Shown: piece after piece, positions 9,715 to 19,574 of the stretch | Layout of the letters: each line of letters starts with the position of its first letter | Numbering within the stretch: the stretch's first letter is position 1 | Assembly (NCBI GenBank): GCA_964221845.1 | Contig: CAXPZW010000055.1 | Location: 1,896 to 65,895 of the forward strand | Origin: Luminiphilus sp. | GTDB taxonomy: Bacteria; Bacteroidota; Bacteroidia; Flavobacteriales_D; Sanyastnellaceae | Reading direction: 5' to 3' | Length of the DNA stretch: 64,000 bases | The notes under the pieces: generated by a model | What the model saw: only the letters and a program-made list of their open reading frames with translations | Told to the model about the DNA's origin: nothing | Database searches by the model: none | Made by a program: the position numbers and the translations under genes

Positions 9715-10623
9715 ATGATCAAAACCTGGACGCTTGGAATGCTGTTGCTTCTGGCACTTGCTAGTTGCCGCAAAGAGGAGGTTGTTTTCGAAGACAACAC
9801 GGCTCCTCCTTATGCTGGCGTGCCTACGGTCCAAGTCAACAACTACGTCAACCGTCTTTTCATCGATCTCATTGGCCGTGAACCGCTCGACGCGGAAATG
9901 GCCTTAGAGGTGGACTCCCTTGAAACGGGCGGGTTGAGCATGGCCGCGCGCACCTCACTGGTTTCGCGCTTGATGTCCAGCACGGCCTATGTGGAAGGCG
10001 ACAGTTCGTACCACCACGCCTACTTCTTCAAAGTCTACAACGACCTCAAAGCCCGCATGATTGAAGGGGCTTCCGAAGGCATCCTCACCGAGCAGTACAA
10101 CCAGCTCTACACCCAGTCCTTGGTGGACAGCTTGAACGGGGACTTTGAAGCCATGCAGCGCAACCGCCAGGCCGCAAACCGCATCGCCGAAGTGCAAACC
10201 AGCGGTACTGACTTGCGTTTGGGGCAAGCCTCCATCCAAGAGGTGCACGCGCGCATGTGCCACAACGCCATCTATGACGAGATCAACATGGGGTCCTTCA
10301 ACTTTGTCAACGCGACCTTCAGCGACCTCTTTGACCGCTTTCCCACCACCGAGGAGTTTGACAACGCCTACCAGATCATTGAGTTTGACCAGGCGGCAGT
10401 GGTCTTTGGCCAAGCCGCTCAAAACAAAGGCGAATACCTCGACATCCTGGTGGGTTCCACCGAATTTGACGAAGGTTTGGTGCGCTATGCGTACCGCAGC
10501 TTGGTCTCGCGCGAGCCCACTTCCTTGGAAGTGTTTGAAGCGCTCAACAACCTGAATGGAAACCTGACCTTGGGCGCTGTGCAGCTCCCGGTCCTGATCA
10601 GCGATGAATATGCGGGCTTCTAA
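9715..10623 (+). CDS. Hypothetical lipoprotein (lipobox LALASC, then RKEEV)
   Basis: Signal + lipobox Cys; start at MIKTWT. Confidence 0.5.
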   Translation: MIKTWTLGMLLLLALASCRKEEVVFEDNTAPPYAGVPTVQVNNYVNRLFIDLIGREPLDAEMALEVDSLETGGLSMAARTSLVSRLMSSTAYVEGDSSYHHAYFFKVYNDLKARMIEGASEGILTEQYNQLYTQSLVDSLNGDFEAMQRNRQAANRIAEVQTSGTDLRLGQASIQEVHARMCHNAIYDEINMGSFNFVNATFSDLFDRFPTTEEFDNAYQIIEFDQAAVVFGQAAQNKGEYLDILVGSTEFDEGLVRYAYRSLVSREPTSLEVFEALNNLNGNLTLGAVQLPVLISDEYAGF

Positions 10624-11101
10624 TTGGATCCTGTTGCTGGCAGCAGCGCTGCTGACCTTCTCGGGGTGCCGCAAGGAGCCCGAACCGCGCTTTGAGCTCA
10701 ACCCGGTGGAACTCTACCCCTCCAACGCGGGCAAAACGCGCATCAAATCCAACGAACAGTACGTGGCCATCCTCCACGCCAACCTGTTTCAAACCGCCAT
10801 GAGCGCCGACGAGATTTACGAGGTCTCGCGTTGCATCGAATCCATTGGCGACAAGGAATTGGCCCGCGAGGTCATCATCTCCAACTTCATGAACGAACCC
10901 GGCGTCATCCTGCCCACCGTGGAGGACATGAACGCCGACGTGGACGCCTTCATCGATGAGACCTACGTGCGCTTTTTGGTGCGCTACCCCAGCGAGGCTG
11001 AGCGCACCTACGTGCGCAACTTCATCGAAGGCAACCCCTTCATGACCCCGGAGTTGGTCTACTTCTCCTTTGCGCTCAGCAACGAATACATGTTCTACTA
11101 A
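10604..11101 (+). CDS. Hypothetical lipoprotein (lipobox TFSGC, then RKEPEP), overlaps upstream gene by 20 nt
   Basis: Signal peptide + lipobox; same GCRKEPE context as the gene at 12442. Confidence 0.5.
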   Translation: MNMRASNWILLLAAALLTFSGCRKEPEPRFELNPVELYPSNAGKTRIKSNEQYVAILHANLFQTAMSADEIYEVSRCIESIGDKELAREVIISNFMNEPGVILPTVEDMNADVDAFIDETYVRFLVRYPSEAERTYVRNFIEGNPFMTPELVYFSFALSNEYMFY

Positions 11102-11110
11102 ACCGCCGCC

Positions 11111-12445
11111 ATGAATCGCAGAAACTTCATTCGAAAAACCGGATTGACCGCGGCGGGCGCATTGGCCTCTCCCTACATCCTGCCCAGCGGACGCTTGTTT
11201 GCCCCTACCGGGCGGCGCATGAGCGACCATGTAGTGGTCGTGATGTTTGCAGGCGGCGTGCGTCAGCAAGAATCCGTGTTGCAGCGTTACTTGGACGACG
11301 CCCAAGAAGGGGAACCGTACCCGGGCAACATCATGTACAACATGCTCACCGGCGACGCCCCTGAGCTCAAGATCGTCTATGGAACCGGGCAAGGCGGTGC
11401 CTTCCCCATCCCGGCCATTTTGGATACCACTCTGCAAGCACAAGGAACCGTATTCCAAGAAGTGCAAGCGCTTTCGGCCGGTCACTTTGGTGGACTCAAC
11501 AGCATTGTGCAGGGCAGTACCGCCACCACCCAAGGCCTGAAAAAACGCCCGGTCAACCCCACCATCTTTGAATACCTGCGCCGCCACGGCGGGTACCAAG
11601 CCACCGATTGCTGGTTTGTGGGCAACGGCATTGCCAACTCCATTCCACTGCTCAACTACAGCGCCCACGCCGACTACGGCGCGCAATACGGCGCCAACTT
11701 CTTTGCGCCGTTGGTCACCTTTGGCAACGCGTGTGCGGAGTTCATGGGCGATGCCAAGGTCTACCACCCCGAGAACGAGCTCGATCCGATGTACAAGCTC
11801 AAGTACTTCTTGGACAACAACTTTGAGAACTACGCCAACGGACTGCTCAGCTTGGGCAACACCGAGGAAGAGAAGTTCCAAATCAAGGCCTTCATGGAGT
11901 CCATGTACGACAAGGTGGCCGCCGGTACGATTGCCTTCCCTCCTGTGACCGATGGCGGAGACGCCACAACCGTCGGATTTGCGTGTGAAGTGCTCCAAGA
12001 ATTCAAGCCCGCGTGCACGTTCTTGAACTTGGGCGACGTGGACAACTGCCACTCCAACTTCACCGGCTACGTGCGCAACCTGCACCGCGCCGACCACGCG
12101 GTGGGACACCTGTGGAACTACATCCAAAACGAGATTCCGGAAATGGCGGGCAACACCACGCTGCTGGTGGTTCCCGAATGCGGCCGCAACGACGAGCCCA
12201 ACAACATCCTGGATGAAAACGACTGGCGCGCATACGACCACTCGGACGCCAATGCCCTGCGTGTATTTACCAGTATGGTTGGTCCCAATGTGCCGGCCAA
12301 TCTGACCGTAGGCAGCGAGGGCAACCCCATTGGCCAAGTCACCGACACCATGCTCACCGTGGGCGACCTGCTGGGCGTCCGTCCCGACATCGAAGCCACC
12401 GGCTACTTGGCCCCGGGCACCACTTCACTCTTTGACTACCTGTGA
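11111..12445 (+). CDS. Tat-signal protein, DUF1501-like (sulfatase/alkaline-phosphatase superfamily fold)
   Basis: MNRRNFIRKTGLTAAGALA twin-arginine signal; HVVVVMFAGGVRQQESV resembles the DUF1501 WMxGGxSxxDTFD block; the VPECGRND motif. Confidence 0.5.
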   Translation: MNRRNFIRKTGLTAAGALASPYILPSGRLFAPTGRRMSDHVVVVMFAGGVRQQESVLQRYLDDAQEGEPYPGNIMYNMLTGDAPELKIVYGTGQGGAFPIPAILDTTLQAQGTVFQEVQALSAGHFGGLNSIVQGSTATTQGLKKRPVNPTIFEYLRRHGGYQATDCWFVGNGIANSIPLLNYSAHADYGAQYGANFFAPLVTFGNACAEFMGDAKVYHPENELDPMYKLKYFLDNNFENYANGLLSLGNTEEEKFQIKAFMESMYDKVAAGTIAFPPVTDGGDATTVGFACEVLQEFKPACTFLNLGDVDNCHSNFTGYVRNLHRADHAVGHLWNYIQNEIPEMAGNTTLLVVPECGRNDEPNNILDENDWRAYDHSDANALRVFTSMVGPNVPANLTVGSEGNPIGQVTDTMLTVGDLLGVRPDIEATGYLAPGTTSLFDYL

Positions 12446-13392
12446 GACGGATCGGCGTCATAGCATTGCTGGCGTTGGTCGTTATCGGCTGCCGTAAGGA
12501 GCCCGAGAACCCCTACGACAGCATCGATTACGCGGTGGTAGACAACCCGTCAGTGGACGACCTGCCCGAGGGCAACTTCGCGTGGCTGCACGGCAAGGTA
12601 TTTCAACCCACATGCGCCAACAGCGGATGCCACGACGGCACGTTTGAACCTGAGTTTTTGACCATCTCTTCGGCGTACAACTCGCTGGTGAACCATGGGG
12701 TGATTGCCAACGATGCCGCGTTTTCTTTCGAGTACCGCGTCAAACCCGGCGACGTTGATGCTTCCTTGTTGCACGAGCGCATGACCGTGTTCATTCCCAA
12801 CACCTCTGGCGTGATGCCGCTGTCCACCGAACCCGAAAGCGACTGGGACGCATTGCAAGACTTCTACATCGGACAAATTGAAGATTGGATTGCGGCTGGG
12901 GCACCTGACATGTACGGGCAATTGCCCGGTGCAGCCGGCGCCGATTTGCCTCCGCAGGTAGACGGCATTGCCATATTCCCATCGGGCAACACCACCACCC
13001 CGTATACCCGTGACCCGGATCAAGCTGGTGTGACCGCCATTCAAGTGGAAGCCACCACCGTGGATGTTTGGCTACGGGTACTGGACGACAACACGGCCGA
13101 CTTTGCCTTGACCGGCACCGAACTGCGCTACTGGGACGACTTGGTGGACTTCACCGATGCCCACTTGGCAACCCCGTTGACCTACACTTCCCCCATCACT
13201 GCCGAAAACCTCAACGGCCAGCCCAGTGAATTTCAGTTCAGCGCCACTATGGACTTGACCGGGGTGCCTCCTGGAACGGTGTACTACCTGCGCTCCACCT
13301 GGGACGACGGCAACCAACCCAACCTGACGGTGGTGCCCAACGACGGGTCTTCTTCCTTAATCACCACCGTCTTTAGCCTGCACGTGCAATGA
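12442..13392 (+). CDS. Lipoprotein with PSCyt1-like (planctomycete cytochrome-c-like) domain carrying CANSGCH (CX4CH)
   Basis: Lipobox VVIGC; FQPTCANSGCHDG ... PGDVDASLLHERMTVF...SGVMP resembles the PSCyt1 pattern; ATGA overlap with upstream gene. Confidence 0.45.
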   Translation: MRRIGVIALLALVVIGCRKEPENPYDSIDYAVVDNPSVDDLPEGNFAWLHGKVFQPTCANSGCHDGTFEPEFLTISSAYNSLVNHGVIANDAAFSFEYRVKPGDVDASLLHERMTVFIPNTSGVMPLSTEPESDWDALQDFYIGQIEDWIAAGAPDMYGQLPGAAGADLPPQVDGIAIFPSGNTTTPYTRDPDQAGVTAIQVEATTVDVWLRVLDDNTADFALTGTELRYWDDLVDFTDAHLATPLTYTSPITAENLNGQPSEFQFSATMDLTGVPPGTVYYLRSTWDDGNQPNLTVVPNDGSSSLITTVFSLHVQ

Positions 13393-13823
13393 GAACGCTC
13401 TGGGCACTCATAGCGTGCGGTTTGCTTCTGCTCGGATGCCGCAAAAGCGATGAAGTGGACCCCATTCCGGTGTTGACCTTTGAGTCCATCTCCGAAGCCG
13501 ACGTAGTGCAGTTCGAAAACCTGGTCACCCTGACCCTCGGGTACACTGATCAAGACGGCGACTTGGGTGAAGAAGACCCCGACGCCCTGTCGCTCCGCAT
13601 CAAGGACGACCGCTTGGAAGACTACGATTGGTACCACATCCCTCCCCTGACCCCATGCCTGGACGACCTCAACATCTCAGGCACGTTTGAGGTAGAGCTG
13701 CCCCCGTTGTTTTTGCTGGGTTCAGGCAGCTCAGAAGCCACCCGGTTTACCGTCCAAATCCGCGACCGTGCGGGCAACTGGAGCAATCCTGTCCAATCCC
13801 CGGAGGTGGTGATTCATGAATAG
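13389..13823 (+). CDS. Hypothetical lipoprotein (lipobox LLLGC, then RKSDEV)
   Basis: Signal peptide + lipobox; ATGA overlap with upstream gene. Confidence 0.45.
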   Translation: MRTLWALIACGLLLLGCRKSDEVDPIPVLTFESISEADVVQFENLVTLTLGYTDQDGDLGEEDPDALSLRIKDDRLEDYDWYHIPPLTPCLDDLNISGTFEVELPPLFLLGSGSSEATRFTVQIRDRAGNWSNPVQSPEVVIHE

Positions 13824-16800
13824 GCTGCTGCTGTGCTTGTTGTTGCTTGTGGCTGGATCCTTGAGCGCACAGGATGTTCCCGAGTTCATCATGAGCGACA
13901 CCACGGTGACCGCATGCGACGGCCGCCTGTTTGATTCTGGCTACGACGAACAGTACAGCATTGGCGAAGACCTGACGTTTACGATTTCCTCGACGGCTCC
14001 GGTGAGCGTGGTGTTTGAGAACGAATTCTGCGTGGAGATTGGTTTTGACCAACTGGCCATTTACGACGGGCCGGATGTTTTTTCGCCGTTGATTGGCGTG
14101 TACGACGGCTTTGAATTGCCGCCGCCGTTCACCAGCACGGGCTCGGTCACTTTTGAATTCACCTCCAACGAAAACGTCCAGTACTGCGGCTTCCAACTGC
14201 TGTGGGATGTGGAGGCCCCGCCTCCCACCCCTCCCACCGCCGAACTCCTCCCACCCACCTGCGGTTCCAACATCGTTCCCTTCAGCTTCTCCTACCCGGT
14301 GGGCTGCACCTGGATCCAAGCCGAATCGGTCAGCTTCTATTCCGACAACACCGCGTTCAACGTGGTGGACATCAACCTGAATTGCGCCGGCGATTCCTCC
14401 TCCTTGCACGAACTGGTGCTCAACCAACCCATCGAGGTCAACTGCACCTACTACCTGGATATGGAGCTGCTGATCCCCGACGCGTGCGACAGCCTGTGGA
14501 CCTTCCCCTACATGCAAACCCTGGCCTATGACGACTGCCCCATTCAGGTAGAAACCTTTGCCGATCCGCCGGAAATATGCGCCGGCCAATGCACCGAAAT
14601 CTGGGCTGAAGTCGAAGGGTGTTATGACCATTCGTTCCTTTGGGACACGGGAGACTCCGGCCCTGGTCCGCACACCGTGTGCCCCACCGCCACCACCGAC
14701 TATGTGGTAACCGTCACCGAAGAACCTACGGGCAATATCCAGACCGACACCATCACCGTGGTGGTCACCGATCCGCAAATCCTCAATGCCCCCGCCCAAT
14801 ATTGCCAGAGCGCTGGCATCGTAGACCTGGAAGCCAGCCCGGAAGGCGGCACCTGGAGCGGAGACGGCATCCAAGAGGTTGACCTGGGTTGGTTTGATCC
14901 CGACAGCGCATTGGTGGGGTTCAACACCGTGGTCTACCAAGTGGGCGAAGGGTGCCAAACCACGGCCCAGATTGAAGTGGTGCCCATCGCCACCGACTCG
15001 GTGGTGGCCGCTTGCCCTGGAAGCGATCCATTTGTGCTGAACGCTGTGCCTACCGGCGGTACGTGGGGCGGCGGAGGCATACTCCCAGACGGCACCTTTG
15101 ACCCCGTGGCAACAGGCACGTTTGAAAGCACCTACACCGTGAGCGGCTGCACCTCCACCACCTTGATCAATGTGGCCAACCTCAGCACCGACTTGGATCA
15201 ACCCATTTGGTGCCAAAGCCTCTGGGCCGATTCCTTGGGCGTCACTCCGTTTGGCGGCACTTGGAGCGGACCCGGCATCGTTGACCCCGCAAACGGGATA
15301 TTCGACCCGAATGCTGCAGGACCAGGGGCCCACACCCTGACATACCAAACCCAAGGCTGCAGCGACACCTACGACCTCGAAGTCTTGGCCATCGACGCCG
15401 GCGGCTTCAACACCAGCGCTGGCCCAGAAGAGCCACCGTACGTGCCCGCAGCGGGTTTCAGCCCAACAGGAGGCAGCTGGTCCGGATGGGGACTCACCGA
15501 CCCGGTCACCGGACTGTTTGACCCCGGCAGCGTGCCCAACGATACCTGGACCAACCTCATCTACACGGCTCCCAACGGGTGCACCGATACCGTGTTCATG
15601 TACGTGCGCCAAACCGAGATTTTGGTGAACCCCATCTACCAATGCACCGATGCCGACAACCTGCCACTCACCTGGGAGGAAGTGGGCCGCACCCCTGGTG
15701 GAGGCACCTGGAGTGGCCCAGGCACAATCAACCCCGACGGCAGCTATTGGGAGTTCTCAAACGCCACTGCAGGCGTGGGTGTGCATACGCTCGTTTACAC
15801 CGCCAACACCTGTGTGGACTCCATGCAAATCATAGTGCACCCTGCCGAGCTGAACCAAGCCCCCATCCCGGTGTGTGAGGCGGCCGCCCCGTTTGCTTTG
15901 CTTCCAGATTTGCCACCGGGCAGCACGTTTGAGGGCATTGGGGTTTCTGACCCGCTGGGGACCTACGACCCAGCACTTGCTGGACCAGGTGAATTCACCG
16001 TCAGTTGGACTTCCCCTGCAGGATGCAGCGACACCTTCACGGTGGCCGTGGAAGACGATTTGCCCGCGTCCATCACTGGACTTGACCCGGTGTATTGCTG
16101 GCAGGACGCCGCACTACCAGTGGACATACAGCCTGATGTAGGCACCATCACAGGCCCCGTGAATGCAGGCACCTTTAACCCTGCCGAAGCTGGAGCAGGT
16201 ATGCACCTGATCACCGTTGACTACGTAGGCATTCTGTGCAGCAGCAGTGCCGCATTTGAAGTGGAGGTCCTGCCTCCCTTGCAATCCGAAATTGTGGTGT
16301 CGGATACCTTGATTTGCCCCGGAGAAGGGATTGAACTGGAGGCCATCTACGGAGGTGGTGGGCCGGATGCCTTGGTAGAATTCTACTGGAACCAAGACCT
16401 CATCGCCTTACCCACCCATACCGTGGCCCCAGACGGAACCACCACGTTCGTGTTGACCGTGACCGACGGCTGTTCGGACCCTGCAGTGGACGAGGTGACC
16501 GTGGACGTGTTGCCTCCCATTGCCGCACAAGTCAGCACCAGTGACACCCTGTGCATTGGGCTGGATGGCTGGTTGACCGCAGCGGTGTCAACACCCGGCA
16601 CTTACGACCTTTACTGGGGACCCGATGCCTTGCAAACCGACACGTTGTTTGCGCCCGCAGGCACAGCTGCCCAGTTGCTGGTGGAAGATGCCGGACAGGG
16701 CTGCCAGTGGGACACCCTGCTTGTGGTGCCCAATTACACGCCGGTCTCTGCGCAATTCTCCCCCAACCCGAATGAAGATTGCATTCCCTTTGAGGCCAAC

Positions 16801-17274
16801 CCTGTGCAGTTCTTGGATTTGAGTCAATACGGGCTGTCGGGAACGTGGGACTTTGGCAACGGCGAAATCACCGATTATTCCCCGGGCACTACGCCTGAAG
16901 TCATCTACGACACCCCAGGTAATTACAGCGTTAGCCTCCATTTGGTCAACGAAGGCAATTGTCCCGACAGCGCCTTTGTGGACCTGTGCATCCTGCCGCC
17001 CACCGAACTGTTTGTCCCCGACGCCTTCTCCCCCAACGGCGACTTGATGAACGACGTGCTCTACGTGCGCGGCAAGGGCATCACCGAGCTCGAATTGGTG
17101 ATCTACAACCATTGGGGTGAGGCCGTGTACGAAAGCCGCGACCCCGAACAGGGCTGGGACGGCACCCACCGTGGAGAACCCGCAGCCTCAGGCAACTATG
17201 CTTACCGTTTGGTAGCGTTGGTCAACGATTGGAAACGCGTAGAACAAACCGGCAATATTCTGCTTGTGCGATGA
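13816..17274 (+). CDS. Large adhesin-like T9SS type-B CTD protein (1152 aa) with CUB-like N-terminal domain, PKD domain and gliding-motility-associated C-terminal domain
   Basis: Signal MNRLLLCLLLLVAGSLSAQ; PKD block GTWDFGNGEI...YDTPGNYSVSL; type-B CTD FVPDAFSPNGDLMNDVLYVRG...WDGTHRGE...YAYRL. Confidence 0.75.
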   Translation: MNRLLLCLLLLVAGSLSAQDVPEFIMSDTTVTACDGRLFDSGYDEQYSIGEDLTFTISSTAPVSVVFENEFCVEIGFDQLAIYDGPDVFSPLIGVYDGFELPPPFTSTGSVTFEFTSNENVQYCGFQLLWDVEAPPPTPPTAELLPPTCGSNIVPFSFSYPVGCTWIQAESVSFYSDNTAFNVVDINLNCAGDSSSLHELVLNQPIEVNCTYYLDMELLIPDACDSLWTFPYMQTLAYDDCPIQVETFADPPEICAGQCTEIWAEVEGCYDHSFLWDTGDSGPGPHTVCPTATTDYVVTVTEEPTGNIQTDTITVVVTDPQILNAPAQYCQSAGIVDLEASPEGGTWSGDGIQEVDLGWFDPDSALVGFNTVVYQVGEGCQTTAQIEVVPIATDSVVAACPGSDPFVLNAVPTGGTWGGGGILPDGTFDPVATGTFESTYTVSGCTSTTLINVANLSTDLDQPIWCQSLWADSLGVTPFGGTWSGPGIVDPANGIFDPNAAGPGAHTLTYQTQGCSDTYDLEVLAIDAGGFNTSAGPEEPPYVPAAGFSPTGGSWSGWGLTDPVTGLFDPGSVPNDTWTNLIYTAPNGCTDTVFMYVRQTEILVNPIYQCTDADNLPLTWEEVGRTPGGGTWSGPGTINPDGSYWEFSNATAGVGVHTLVYTANTCVDSMQIIVHPAELNQAPIPVCEAAAPFALLPDLPPGSTFEGIGVSDPLGTYDPALAGPGEFTVSWTSPAGCSDTFTVAVEDDLPASITGLDPVYCWQDAALPVDIQPDVGTITGPVNAGTFNPAEAGAGMHLITVDYVGILCSSSAAFEVEVLPPLQSEIVVSDTLICPGEGIELEAIYGGGGPDALVEFYWNQDLIALPTHTVAPDGTTTFVLTVTDGCSDPAVDEVTVDVLPPIAAQVSTSDTLCIGLDGWLTAAVSTPGTYDLYWGPDALQTDTLFAPAGTAAQLLVEDAGQGCQWDTLLVVPNYTPVSAQFSPNPNEDCIPFEANPVQFLDLSQYGLSGTWDFGNGEITDYSPGTTPEVIYDTPGNYSVSLHLVNEGNCPDSAFVDLCILPPTELFVPDAFSPNGDLMNDVLYVRGKGITELELVIYNHWGEAVYESRDPEQGWDGTHRGEPAASGNYAYRLVALVNDWKRVEQTGNILLVR

Positions 17275-18263
17275 GGATCTGGTGGACCATAGCACTGCTG
17301 CTTGTGGCAGGAACGGCCTGCGCCCAAGACGCCATGGTGAGCCAGGTGTACCGCCTGCAAGGCTGGATGAACCCCGCTCTCACCGGCTACATCCAGCACG
17401 ACTACCGCGCGCAGACCCACCACCGCCGCCAATGGCCCGGACTGCAAGCCCCGTTTGTCACCACCTTCGTGCAAGCCGAATTGAAGGCTTGGGAATCGGG
17501 CTACGACGGGCACCACATTGGCGCCGGGCTTGTCGTGTTGCAAGACCAGCTGGGCAACCGTACGTTGAATCAATTTGAGGTACACGGAGCCGGCGCAGTC
17601 AACCTGGCGGCGAGCCATTACAACAATTGGGCATTTGGGCTGCAAGTGGGCTATGTACGTCGGACGCTCAATCCCGACAATCTGAGTTGGGACAACCAAT
17701 ACAACGGTGTAGGCTACGACCCCTCGTTGCCTTCGGGCGAAAACTTCACCGCCAGCACACGCGGGTATGTGGACGCCGGATTTGGAGTGGTTTGGTCGCA
17801 CGACCGCTTGGTGCACTGGCGGTTTGGATACGCTGCCCACCACTTCTTGCAAAACCGTACGCTGCTGGTGCGGGCTGAAGACACTCACCGCATCCGACAC
17901 ACCTTCATGTGGGACACCCACGCCGATTTCCGCGGGTTTGACATGGACTACTACGCACTGTTCATGCGCCAGGCCGGTGCCCAAGTCGTACAGTTTGGTG
18001 CGCTAGCCGCAATTGGGTTTGGGTTGGATTCCAGGTACACCACGGCGCGTTCTTCATCGGCGGTGTTGACCGGGTTGACCTACCGCTGGGGCGATGCACT
18101 CACCCCTGCTGTGGGCATCCGCTGGAAACAACTCGGCGAGGTGTTGTTGAGTTATGATGTGACCTTGAGTTCTTGGCGCCGCGCGGTGGACTACCGTGGC
18201 GGATGGGAAATCAACCTGCGCTACGACGGGTTCTTTTCCGAGAAGCGTCGCCGCCTCAAGTGA
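17271..18263 (+). CDS. PorP/SprF family T9SS membrane protein (cognate partner of the type-B CTD cargo)
   Basis: ATGA overlap with upstream gene; signal peptide; beta-barrel-like composition; canonical position after a type-B CTD gene. Confidence 0.65.
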   Translation: MRIWWTIALLLVAGTACAQDAMVSQVYRLQGWMNPALTGYIQHDYRAQTHHRRQWPGLQAPFVTTFVQAELKAWESGYDGHHIGAGLVVLQDQLGNRTLNQFEVHGAGAVNLAASHYNNWAFGLQVGYVRRTLNPDNLSWDNQYNGVGYDPSLPSGENFTASTRGYVDAGFGVVWSHDRLVHWRFGYAAHHFLQNRTLLVRAEDTHRIRHTFMWDTHADFRGFDMDYYALFMRQAGAQVVQFGALAAIGFGLDSRYTTARSSSAVLTGLTYRWGDALTPAVGIRWKQLGEVLLSYDVTLSSWRRAVDYRGGWEINLRYDGFFSEKRRRLK

Positions 18264-19274
18264 TCAGGCGAAAAACCAGAAGTCGTTCCTGACGTGTTTG
18301 TCCCACGCCGCCAGTTGGGTGCGGATGGCTGCCTTGCCATCGGGTGAGGCCACCACCACTACAACTTGCGGATGATTCAGGTCAAGCACCGCCTCCAAGG
18401 GTTCCAGAATGACACCATACACATTGTGCCCAATCTTGTTGGGGTTGTCGCACACCCAGTGGAACGATTCGCCTTGAGCCTGGAGCAACCTCGCCATGTC
18501 TTTGCCATTGCGGCCCGCTCCCCAGAGTACCAAAGGACGGTTGGGATCGCGGTCGATGGGCAGGAAGTAACGCAGCTTAAGCTCGAAGTAGCGGTTGTCC
18601 TGGTACTCATCCCACGTGCGCGAGATGCGCTCAGAACGGTCGCGCCAATGGTGCAGGACTTTATCCAGTCCCACAATGGTGAGTCCGTGTTGGTAAATGC
18701 GGAAGGTGAGATCGTAATCCTCGGGATAGATGTCGGTGAAGCCGCCCACTGCAAAGAAGTCCTCCACATGCATCATCCAACAGTGAGAAGGAATGACGCA
18801 CTCGGTGTAGATTTCTTCCAAGTGACGGCCCTCTTTGGCCACGTGGTTGAGCCATGCGTCATAACGCTTGAAACCGGGGCCCACCTCGCCGTCATCTCGA
18901 AAATGCTCGGTGCCACCTGCGATCACGTGCCCTTGGCCCACCGCTTGCCACGCACCTACCATGGCCTCGAGCTTGTCGGCCGGCATACGATCATCGCTGT
19001 CCATACGATTCAGCAGGGTGCCACGGATGTGCTTTTGGCCCTCCTGCAACGCAGGGTTCAATCGTTCGCCGGGGCTGTTGAAGGTGCGGATGCGGGGGTC
19101 TTTGGCGGCGTATTTGGCCAAAAGCGCATCTGCCCCGTCGTTGCTGCGATCGTTGACGGCAATGAGTTCCCAATGCGGATAGGTTTGGTCCAGGATGGAA
19201 TCCAGGCACTCGGGCAGGTATTCAACGGTGTTGTGGTAGGCCAGAATGATACTGACCAGAGGCGGTTGATCCAT
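18264..19274 (-). CDS. Family 2 glycosyltransferase
   Basis: VSIILAYHNTVEYLPECLDSILDQTYPHWELIAVNDRSNDG GT2 signature. Confidence 0.75.
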   Translation of the reverse strand: MDQPPLVSIILAYHNTVEYLPECLDSILDQTYPHWELIAVNDRSNDGADALLAKYAAKDPRIRTFNSPGERLNPALQEGQKHIRGTLLNRMDSDDRMPADKLEAMVGAWQAVGQGHVIAGGTEHFRDDGEVGPGFKRYDAWLNHVAKEGRHLEEIYTECVIPSHCWMMHVEDFFAVGGFTDIYPEDYDLTFRIYQHGLTIVGLDKVLHHWRDRSERISRTWDEYQDNRYFELKLRYFLPIDRDPNRPLVLWGAGRNGKDMARLLQAQGESFHWVCDNPNKIGHNVYGVILEPLEAVLDLNHPQVVVVVASPDGKAAIRTQLAAWDKHVRNDFWFFA

Positions 19275-19277
19275 GGA

Positions 19278-19487
19278 TCAGGACAAGAAACGGATGAGCA
19301 TGATGACCAAACACACAATGAACATCCACAGGGAAATCTTATTGATCCCGTGCATCATACGCAGGTTGATGTTGCTGTCCGACTTGCGGAACAGGTTGGC
19401 CGGGTTGATGTAGTGAAGGATGCGTTTGAGGAACATGGTGAGGTCTTGCTGTGCGAATGTAACCAAACTGCCCTGCTCTGGGTTCAC
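19278..19487 (-). CDS. Possible small membrane protein (69 aa, C-terminal TM helix) immediately upstream of the GT2 gene
   Basis: ORF ends 4 nt before the GT2 start; hydrophobic C-terminus ISLWMFIVCLVIMLIRFL; weak support. Confidence 0.25.
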   Translation of the reverse strand: MNPEQGSLVTFAQQDLTMFLKRILHYINPANLFRKSDSNINLRMMHGINKISLWMFIVCLVIMLIRFLS

Positions 19488-19574
19488 ACGATTAACCCAA
19501 GATCAAGAAATCCGTGTAGGACAAACCTTACACGTCCCCGCCCGTATACCGTGAGCACGACTGCCTTGAAACCG

